Of a DNA stretch of 64,000 nucleotides, positions 37,580 to 47,591 are shown piece after piece. The position numbers and the translations under genes were made by a program. This DNA comes from Neoechinorhynchus agilis (taxonomy: Eukaryota > Animalia > Acanthocephala): the NCBI GenBank assembly GCA_051530055.1, contig CM121343.1:7256044-7320043 (forward strand), written 5' to 3'. The notes below the pieces were generated by a model that was given only the letters and a program-made list of their open reading frames with translations, did not search any database and was not told where the DNA came from. How positions within the stretch are numbered: position 1 is the stretch's first letter; each line of letters opens with the position of its first letter.

Positions 37580-40500
37580 ATGAATGAACATTTCTTATTT
37601 ACAACTTTCATGCTAATTGTCATAATAAGTAAGAGCTCATCTTTGTTGTTCGTCTTGAAATTCGTATTCAAGCTGCAATCACTAATCGGGATTGTGATCC
37701 AAGGCAACCACTTGGATTGTCGAATAACCTTATAAAAAATTGGCAGTTCTCAGCTTCTTCGTATTTGAAAACACAACCGAAATGCCAACCCTACCAAGCA
37801 AGATTATCCAATGGACGATCCACATCGTGGTGCGCCCGAGATGCACGAGCTAACGAATGGATCCAAATTGACTTTGGAGTCTCAACCAAAGTACGCTTAG
37901 TGCCGCTTTTCGTCGATTCGTTCAATGGAAACCTAAGGTTCATGGAATTATAAGTCAAGGGCGATATGGTGAGAATTATTATGTCTCATCTTACATGATT
38001 TCCTACAGTGATGATTTTTATAATTGGAACTTCTTGACAGACCCAAGAGGCCGGCAAAAGGTATATAAAATAGAAATAAGACCCATAATATTATCAACCA
38101 AAAATGTGCTCTTTAATGCCCAAGAAACGTATTTGACCAACAATTTGTAACTAAAAATATAATCTTAAGAAACCGAAAACAAATCCACTACCGTTTTTTT
38201 GTAATTAGGTATCTTTGAACATTTTTTAAACTGCATAATGAAATCATGCCAATTGCGCCCATGTAGAAATTTAGTGCAAATGTTAATGCCGATCAGCATG
38301 CTATAGACCAAGAATTCTTAAATTGCTGGTAAACGTTTATGAAATCTTGATGTAAATTATATTATCCCTACAATCTATGCAAGATTTCTGCGAATTCATG
38401 TCACAGCATGGCACGGTCATCCATGCATGAGATTGGAGATCTTAGGTTGTCGGAGTAAGTTCATTTCAGCGAAACGTGTTAATAATATCGCAGTTTGCAT
38501 GAGGCTATTAATTGTTCCCTCACTCTTTACCCTTCCTGATTCTGGATATCAAACGGATAAACGAAACCCTTGTCTACCCCGACGAGGCTATCTTAGTGGT
38601 CCTTCACAATGGTGCTGCAGGTCTCAAAATTTAACAACAATCAAGAAAAAACCGAGTTTTGCCCAAAATCAAACTTGTTCGATATCTATTGATATGCTAC
38701 AGCCATGGAAAATATCTGCCATCTCCAGTCGCGGAAAAGGCGACAATACGGACGAGTACGTGCGATCGTATCGACTCGCATTCAGCAACGATACTAGCAA
38801 TTGGTATTTCTACACTGATCGATCAGATTCAATAGTCAAGGTACCATTGCTAAATCGACCTAAATAATCTTTGATTCATGACAGTGCTATGATTTTAATA
38901 ACATTTGCTATATCAATACTCCCTTAATTTCGGTGTGGTGTGCGCAAATGGAAATTTCATTTATATCTTTTTTATATAATTTTCTTTTAATTTTTGTTGA
39001 CTCACATTTCTGATTTAGGACATCTTTTCCTCAACTTTTTAGTTTTTCCTTCTTGGCATGAAGCCAAACCGATCTCCTACGTACGGTAATGAGTTTTTAC
39101 GAATCCCTCCGGATTTGGCTCCAAACCAAAAAAGAATATTAAAAATCCGAAGAAGGGATGTCCGAAATCAGAATCAATAGAAACGGCTTGCCAGTAAAAC
39201 ATGTAGCTATCATATTTATTTAATTATAGTCGCAGCATCAATCACGACCCAGCTAGGCGCCGGTCGAGGTCGTGCCGTAACGTTCGCGGTGTTCCCTCGC
39301 TGGACAGCCGCTATGTTTATCCTCTGTGTGAGCAAAGTCAAAGCAATGTTTATTAAGTGCTTAGTACATCCCTTACTCGACTTTTTTCCTTTTGGTACAC
39401 AGCTAACCGATATCTTAGGGGCAGAGAAGTGATTGAATAATTTAAACTCTCCAAAACATACGGTTTTGAGTTTTTACATGAATCCCTCCGGATCTTTAGA
39501 TACCTCCTGAGGAGACGGGACTCGTCAGCGAGTTTCCTCTCATCAGCCCAAAGGGGAGGAAGTGCCGCTGAAAAGTGGAAACTCATTGATGAGTCCCGTC
39601 TCCTCAGGAGGTATCTAAAGATTCGGAGGGATTCATGTAAAACTCATGACCGTATGTTTTTGAGAGTCTAAGCGATTCAATCACTCGTCTGCCCCTAAGA
39701 TATCGGTTAGCTGTGTACCAAAAGGAAAAGGCCGAGTAAGGGATGTTCTAAACATATAATTCGTATAACCAGCTTGCCAGTAAACATTAGAGATTTCAGC
39801 AATGTTTATTCATTTGATTGAATTATTGAACACATTACCCAATCAAGATAAATATGACCAAAGTTTTAAAGTCAAATTGACCTTTTAAGTCGAATTGTTC
39901 CCAACCACAATTTTTTAATAGTGTCCAATAGCCTTTTACTTAACCATTTCTGTTAAATAAAAACTTATAAAGTTATATTTTTTAGGTTTTTGACGGAAAT
40001 TATGATTCGGAGACGGAAAGAGTGCACTATCTTCTATACACAGTCGTAGCGCGCTATGTTCGCATTTATCCGCTGAATTGGAATCTCGGTCCATCAATGC
40101 GAATCGGAGTATATGGATGCCCTCCACGCGGTATTATTCCTTATATCCGAAAAACCTCGCACATTAACCGTTTTAAACCTAGGAAAATGTCCAAATGGCT
40201 ACTATCGACTAAAAGATCGGTATATCTGTTGTAAGTATCGACACACTGTATATAGATTTGTATAATATATGATTGATTCGAAGTGGAGGATATATTTCAC
40301 CGCAAACGAGCAACAATAAATGACGCTTTCGAACTCAATGAAATCGTTGGTGACAGCTTGGCATGCTTAGAAATGCATACAAATATCAAGCGTGACAATT
40401 CGATACTTCTAAAGATTGATTTGGAAGCTACTTTGAGTCTGAATGGATTTTCACTTCAATTACCCAGTATTTACCGTCGCTTCCCCAACACATTGATCGT

Positions 40501-40781
40501 AAGACTTTCACTTTTTAGAGCACCAAAAGCGAACCTGCAAACCATTTAATCGACTGATTACATACGCAAGTAACTCCAATGTTACCAATAGCCCATTATT
40601 TAAGGATATTTGTGTGGTTATATCGGAGAACGCGTGGAACGAAGTCATCCGATCGGATTACATAAAATGCGATTCTGGTATTAAAGGACGATATATATTC
40701 ATAAAATTTATATGGACAGATCCTCAAGTTCTACGTGGATGTTTACATATTTGTAAAGTACGTGGATTCGAGATTTTTTAA
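37580..40781 (+). CDS. Secreted protein with two F5/8 type C (discoidin) domains and a probable C-terminal F-type-lectin-like domain, multi-exon
   Basis: Signal-peptide exon MNEHFLFTTFMLIVII, then PLGLS...FSASS...QARL...WCA...EWIQIDFG|VHGIISQG...YVSSYMISYS, MRLEILGC; a second domain ISAISSRG...YVRSYRLAFS...W|VFDGNYD...ARYVRIYPLNW...MRIGVYGC; then LKIDLE and CDSGIKGRYIFIKF...LHICKVR. The 3' exon joins are less certain. Confidence 0.8.
39358..39754. repeat. Large fold-back element (arms about 180 bp, loop about 38 nt) in the long intron of the discoidin gene
   Basis: tagtacatcccttactcg...gatacctcctgaggagacgggactc pairs with gagtcccgtctcctcaggaggtatc...cgagtaagggatgttcta. gcttgccagtaaa(a)cat occurs at 39186 and 39772. 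Confidence 0.92.
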
Positions 40782-40899
40782 GTTTCTGAATGCCTCTAAT
40801 TTGATGCAAATGATAAGAATAAAATGTGGTCATAGTTGCTAGAGATTGGTATAATATTTAGTGTTTAAAGATTGAATTGTTCATGTTTGTATCTGGCGT

Positions 40900-41009
40900 A
40901 AAAATTAAAAGAATTTATCGATTCCAATGTGCCTCTTTCAAGGTGTTTTTTCGTTCTGCTAAAAACCTTGAAAAAGGCACATTGGAATCGATAAATTCTT
41001 TTAATTTTT
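40900..41009. repeat. Hairpin with arms of about 44 bp
   Basis: aaaagaatttatcgattccaatgtgcctctttcaagg pairs with ccttgaaaaaggcacattggaatcgataaattctttt. The left flank resembles 10567-10650. Confidence 0.88.
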
Positions 41010-41029
41010 CACCGGCATATAAACAAACA

Positions 41030-41135
41030 CAACATTTTAGATAGCGGCTGAAGAGGCAAGGAAAACCTTACGAAATATTTCTCAAATAAATGAGTAACGA
41101 CAACACCGGGGACAGGATTCGCCAACGTACGAACA
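41030..41135 (+). mobile_element. Solo Penelope terminal fragment containing a second copy of the 1491-1531 hammerhead
   Basis: CTGAAGAGGCAAGGAAAACCTTACGAAATATTTCTCAAATAAATGAGTAACGACAACACCGGGGACAGGATTCGCCAAC closely matches the minus-strand sequence at about 1450-1526. Confidence 0.82.
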
Positions 41136-41506
41136 ATATTCAGTGGAAGGTATATTTGGAAAATCGTATGATCAAATTTCTGTGTAATAATAGACGAATT
41201 GAGGACTGTCAACCGAACAATTCTGGGAAAAGCATTGTCTCCTGAGCAAATGGATACTGTCATTCTAGTGTTAATGGGTGTAGTAAGCTACAAATCAGCT
41301 CAATAATGTTTTGGTGGCACCATTTTGACATGCGCATTTCTAGTACGTCTTCGATTTAGTGAAGACTTCATAACTACTGATGACTTTTCGATTTAAAACT
41401 AACAAGGGTGATTCGTTCAAAATTGATGAATATGGAATAGAAGAAACACAAAAATTTACCATTTTTATCCCAGGTTATCAAACATATCGTACATCAAATT
41501 TCATGG

Positions 41507-43002
41507 TTAGGACTTTGATTGTCGTGTAAGATTCAGACACATTTCAGACTCGAGAAACCGTTGGTAAGGACCTTGATCCATAAGATGTTGCACTCGTGAT
41601 TGTGCGGCGTCAAACATATTCAAATCCAATTTTTCAAGTTGGTTCATTGTGGCGTTTCGTGTTTCCGAATCCAAGTTCACCTTCAAAACCACAATTTCAA
41701 ATGTAAGCGCTCACTTTGGGCAACTTACTTGCTTCGGAGCACCGACTTTTACAAAGGTACTGCAAATATTATGGGCGATTCCTTTGCGCTCGGATTTATT
41801 TGCACATTTAAAGTCCTCGCAAGCAAGCCAGAACTCCAGTGTTTCCTCGCTAAATTCCGTCTTCAGGAAAGAATGAAAAAGTTCAACCCCGTCTAGATTT
41901 TGGAAACTAATCATTGTGAATATGCTACACTCAATACGTACATGAGCTACTAAGAAGTTTGTCGATTGACTCTTCCCATTCCCTGGCATGTTCGGGTTTG
42001 GGTAATTTTCTGCTTGTATTCCTTAAATGGTGAAAGGATCTCATTTGCGATTCATAGTTCACTCGAATCGGAGGTGAAAATGGTCGCCATGGAATCTACG
42101 AAAACGGTGAAAGGTTTCAGTACAAAAAGCTCGAGCATATTGAAGAGTGATTCGGCACGGATATTGGTTCCCGTGAGACGTGGAATAGAGCGTCATTTAA
42201 ATAGACGCCTATGAAGACTGGTATACAGCTTCCCCAGTTCTGCGTGTATGTCTCAATTCTAGCGAAGTTAAATTTCAAGCATAGAGGCAAAGCAAAATCG
42301 TAATTAAGTTGAAACTTAGTACGATAGGCATTTAGGAGAAAAACGCATAGCCCACTTTTACGCCAGTCTCTAGATATATCCGTTAAAGTGCACTGGAATG
42401 CGCTAATTGAAGAGAGAGAGAAAAGAGAGTCTATATTGATTGGCAGGTATTTTACACGTTGGAATTTCTCCTGATAAGAGATGGTGATAAAAAGACATAC
42501 CTTCGTCGGAATTGATCAACAACTGACTCCTAAAAGGGATTTCATAATCGAAACCAAATAATAGATAAGATATGATGCTGCTCACCTTATGATCATCAGG
42601 TTCATTGGTAACCGTGGGTTTTTTTGAACGTGACAAGTGATCCCGTAGTTTGCGGAAGGCTACACTAAAGGTCTTAAGGCCCTCATCTAGCCATGCTTTT
42701 CGGCAGCATCGGTGTTTTCGTGGTTCTTTTCCAAGACTCGACCGTTGTGCTGATGAACTTTCTCCACTATTTCGGTTTGACGTTATTAAACTAAGGGAAT
42801 CTCGTGTCTGTTTGTTCCTAATAATTGAGAGAAAATCATCCATATCGAATATATTTGGACTGCTTTGGGACAAGATTCTATCGCGATGCCTTTCCGAAAG
42901 TTTAATATTGTCGGCATTGTTATCGAACAAGAAAACATTAGAAGCGTGGAATGAGTATCTACATACTGAGGTTGTTTGTGATCGTACATTGCTGGGTGTC
43001 AT
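41507..43002 (-). CDS. Regulator of G-protein signalling (RGS-domain protein), multi-exon
   Basis: Spliced reading AREWEESIDKLLSSSY|GVELFHSFLKTEFSEETLEFWLACEDFK...IAHNICSTFVKVGAPKQV|NLDSETR...FDAAQSRVQHLMDQGPYQRFLESE is a complete RGS box. The N-terminal exon (about 42590-43002) is plausible, but the true start is uncertain. Confidence 0.88.
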
Positions 43003-44104
43003 TCTAGAAAGCTACATATTAGACGGTTATTAGTCACCTATAGACGGCCGCCCACGTTCAAAGGTGCAGAACAAGTGAGCGAGTGTCGGTGTGAGTAGCA
43101 CACCGAATGAAGCAAATAAGCTGCTGCTACATCGATGTTGCGTACAAAACCAAACAAATCGGCACTTCATTTTGGCTCCTTTTCCATCGCACCCCCATTT
43201 TGTGTCTTTGACGAGACTAGCAGTGGGCGTGTATACGGCGCTGTGCGTACTCACATGATGCTTTGTGGATGATGATGATGATGATGATGGTAGTGCTGCT
43301 GGGTAATAAGGACGAGGGAAAAGAAACTCTCTGAAAAAGATTGGCTCAAATCCCATTTTATGCCTCAGAAAGTACGGTGGTAAAGCACCCGGCCATAAAC
43401 CTATCCTTAGCAAATTTAGTCTCGGTAGGCGATATCTCCCTTTCTTCATCATTATTCAATAATGCAAAAATGAAGTGCAAACTCAATAAACAATTTCGAA
43501 ACTTATATCAGTTTGATTGTGAAGTTTTGTCAAGATTACAGGCTTAATGAACTTTGAGATGCAAAACACTTTGTTATCACAACAACGACCTACGACGTAT
43601 TGGTAGAGGCTTCGTTATAGCAAATGAATACATCCTTAAAGAATCTTGCTTAAATGATTTAGTTTAAATCTGATCGACTGGTTAAGTTCAGCGGTGTTAA
43701 AATTGACAATAAATACTATTATTGTTCTCTCATGGAGGAGTAGACACCTTCCTGTAAAACGAACTCCACTTTGGCAAAATCAATGAGAGCTAGTAACCCG
43801 AAATCAATATGTCTTCGGGTGAAAAGATCCTTTCGGATAATTCCGAAATTTCCTCAAGGTTTGTCATCTAAAATACAAACATTATAGTGTTATCCCGTAG
43901 ACTGGATATTGTCGGGCAACGGGTGGGTCAAACCTCTCTCATGTCCACTAGAACCTCTTTTTTCAATGGCATTTTTAAACTGATGCTGGCTTTATTTCCA
44001 TCCATCGGTTGAGCTGAGCAGCCTATTTCGAGATGGCTTCCATTATCAAACGAATTAGTAAATTGTATATTTTGTTTGGTGGTATAGAAACTGATTTATT
44101 ATTT

Positions 44105-44395
44105 TCCTTTCACAATATTTCGTATGTCTCGCCGGACTTCTTCAATGCGGATTAAACACTTTTATAACCTGAAGAAGTCCGACGAGACGGACGAAATATT
44201 GTGAAAGGCAAATAAAAAATCAATTTCACAATCGTACCATCAATTTGATGTCCACAATTCATCATATGATTTGATAAAACTCTACATGAATATCTGTGCA
44301 GTGAGATCCTTTTGCTGAGTCCTTGTTTGGTCTGTCCCACATATTTGGCTAATTTCATGCTGCCCGGACGAAATATCGGCGAAATAAATCAGTGA
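44105..44395. mobile_element. Rearranged Penelope remnant: GIY-YIG fragment (-) joined to an inverted pair of hammerhead motifs
   Basis: Minus ORF KYVGQTKQGLSKRISLHRYSCRVLSNHMMNCGHQID (GIY-YIG second half). The + strand has CTGAAGAAGTCCGACGAGACGGACGAAATATT at 44169-44200, and the minus strand has TTGAAGAAGTCCGGCGAGACATACGAAATATT at 44114-44145. Confidence 0.78.
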
Positions 44396-44726
44396 ATTTA
44401 AATCCGGGTGGCAAAATTACCAAAAGTTAGCGACATGTTATTGTTTTTCACAATGATTTATGAGCCATTTTCCTCAGTGGCGAAGGTATTGCGGTGTGGG
44501 TGAAAGTCTTGCCCTCAGTAAAAAGTGAACGCTGCCAAGTTTTTACTACTAATGCGTCGAATCATCGTGAACAATTAATTGTATACCGAGCAAAAGAATA
44601 TTTGATTAAAGATCTCTTGTCCTTGGGAGTTGGTTGTTTTTGGACTGCAACATTCCACAAAATACTGTGCGTGTTTATACATGTATTTGTCAAATTTTGA
44701 AGAAAACAAGTACAATATAAGGCAGT

Positions 44727-45874
44727 TTAAAGATCAGTGTTGCTCTTTTCGATTGGTTTATGAAAGTGGTTTAAGCATCTTCTCAAAAATTTGATAGCAT
44801 CTTTTCTAAATCCACCAACAAAAATCACATAAATGTAAAAATGCATGGCATGTGACGAATAGTAAAGGTACAAGAGATAGTCATCTTCAACAGTTTTGAG
44901 TTTCTTTGGAACATCCGGCAACAATACTGAACGGAATAGTAAACGGACTGCCTTTACTAAGTGATAGGGTGCGTTGATAAGTGGATAGAAGATAGTAGTT
45001 ATCAAAATGAGAGTTGTTATATTGCATGCAGCGAGTCCGATATTCTTATTGGACACATTTTCGGTTACATCGTTCGCATCAAGTGGTAAACGCTTTGCTC
45101 TTAGACTTCTTAATATTAGCATATTGAAAATGTACAATGCGATATAAGGAACGACAAATACAACAACGGTATCGCAAATGGCCGTCACTTCTAGGGCTTT
45201 GTGGAAATATATCCGGGCACCACAGTTACCTCGAATCGAGACTCCGTTGATTTTAACGATTGGTGAATGAACGGCGAATAGAAAGACTACATAAGCGATT
45301 AATCCAGTAGTACAAATAGTAAGATTGGCTCCTTTTACAATCGCATGAGCATATCTGTAAGTCCGGATCGGAAAACGAATTGCGAAATATCTGTGAATGG
45401 TGAAGGCGACTACCACATAAGTGGTTACAAAGTCGCTGACATAACTTATATAAACCAGTGATTTTCATTGATGCCACTTCAAGGAAGATCATTGGGGTAG
45501 ACCGAGACGGGACATACGACCGGTGAGTTCAGAACTGTAATTCCTTCTCTGGTAAGCACCAACAAGAAGAGTACAATCAAATACGTTGTATCGCTGATGG
45601 CTAATAGCACCAAGTACATTGAAGATGGAGTCTTGCTGAACTCTTTACCTTTAGCAAGGATGATAACGAGAACGTTTCCAGGTAAACCGAGAGCGAGTAA
45701 TAAGATCAAATACGCTTGTCGGAGTATGTGACCGGTGTTGGTCACTTGCTGGATTGCAGCCCCAACTGGGCTTTCCATGTACAAAGTCGTGGTCGAGTTG
45801 GCCACTGTGGTCTCGGCGATTGTTGTTGTTGTTGTTGTTGTCAATACACTCGTAATTGAAACAAACGAGTGCAC
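44727..45874 (-). CDS. Rhodopsin-family peptide GPCR (same broad group as 27633-28791); requires removal of a 47-nt segment in TM3
   Basis: LALGLPGNVLVI, MYLVLLAISDTTYL, CPVS|VYISYVSDFVTTYVVVAFTIHRYFAIRFP, CDTVVVFVVPYIALYIFN, INAPYHLV, HAMHFYIYV..VGGFR. Confidence 0.83.
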
Positions 45875-46120
45875 AATCGTTCTGGATGATGATTAGACAG
45901 CCCGATGTACATTTTCGACCATCTTAAACACAAGCGACCGAATTTAAAAAAAATCACGGTTATTGTGGAACCTATTATTTTAGCATAATTCATTTTCCAG
46001 TTCTAAAAAGATAGAAAGGCTGAGACTAATGGATGATGCATATCCATATACCCTATCAGCATGTTGCGGCATTTCTCCAAGCTCCACAATGACTTCAAGA
46101 ACGATTATGCTATGGTTGAA

Positions 46121-46180
46121 GGTGGTGGTGGCGGTGGTGGTGGTGGCGGCGGTGGTGGTGGTGCTGCTGCTGCTGCTGCG
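46121..46180. repeat. Compound trinucleotide microsatellite (GGT/GGC then GCT)
   Basis: ggtggtggtggcggtggtgg...gtgctgctgctgctgctgcg, upstream of GPCR 2. Confidence 0.9.
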
Positions 46181-47591
46181 TATACGATTCAGTGTATATT
46201 CAATATTTGTGAAGCCGGCACACGCTATTAAAACGAATGGAACCCAGAAGGCAAATTAACAAAATGGCGATATTCGATATGACTTATAGAGCACAACACT
46301 GACCCACGCGCCAATGCATTGGCACTAATTTACATTGTCTCATGTGCATATCTAATGATGGTAATTTATATAAGAGCGGAAATCGTGTCAAATAAATCTA
46401 AAGGAGCTATTATTTAACAAGATGTTAGGAATATTGTGGGTAAGGAACTTGAAATAAACGGATGTTGGCTAATTTGCGCAACATGAGAAAAAATTTATAC
46501 GAGGAAAAGTGCTTCACGCTACCACTTTAAGCAATAAACTCTGCAGAAGATCGGAGAGGCGAGCATGAGATTAAAACATAATTAAGACCAGAATGTGAAG
46601 GCAGACTCTTTTTTTTTCGTGGGTAAATCCAAACCTTTTCAGCTCCCATCGGCTTGTATCGGATAAAAATTAATTGAATTGGAATTAAATTGCGAAACGT
46701 GATATGAGATTTAGAATATTTAAGTAATCGATGATTTAGGCAAAAAGGATTCACATTCCCATTTGTATCAAACGAGATTATTTGTCACTCTTTCAATTTG
46801 CCCTTTCTCTTGACGGTTGGCATCCCGTTCATGTCATCTCTTATTAAAGTTATGAAGAAACTTTATAAGCACCTGTCATATTTACGAACCATCTCCAATA
46901 TAACTCAGGGAGAAAAATGAGGATACTTTAAGTCCTATTACTGCTATTGCTTCAATCATCAACTCAATTCATGTCACACTCAACGCTCATAAGGCGAATG
47001 ATTGCCATAAAAAATATCTTTTATCGACTTGTTAAGCGCAAATGGTTTAACTTGAATTAGCCCATAAAATCCATACGATATAAGCAATACGATGCAAGAT
47101 CGATGGTGGAACTTGCCTTTGATCCTGATTTTATCAGAAATCCTAATGATCTCAGTTTGAAGCCCTTGACCCCGTTTAACACTAATTCCTAGCCACCGAA
47201 AGTTCAAACGCTCTGACGGCCGCCTAATACCGATTCTAACAACAGAGAATTCCCGTAAAAACCTAAGTTGATTGTGCTATCATGGAAGCATTTAAGGTTG
47301 CTTAGAGAAATTAATAGTTTTTAAATAACCCCACAACAAAAATTACATTGAATTATAAAGGATTGACCGGAAGCACTAAAAAAAAGCAGTTTACAGTTGT
47401 TCAACGTTTAAAAATCTTGCGATTACCACGCTGGTTTAAATACCTGCCCGGGTGACGTTGTTCAGTACTATTTTTTATACTGATTCTTTAAATACGAATA
47501 CTTTAATCCTCACATTTACCTCATCAACGAATAAAGCATTAAATAATGCCATGGTTAAACCGGTCCACATCGCGTTCCTTTTCAGTTGCTT

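Noticed and set aside
39515-39600. CTGATGAGAGGAAACTC and CTGACGAGTCCC hammerhead-like starts inside the large fold-back
   Set aside because: No GAAA box follows a closed helix II in either case.
43030-43452. 140-aa ORF as the first exon of the RGS gene
   Set aside because: The splice phases I tried into the 43002 frame produce stops. Left unassigned.
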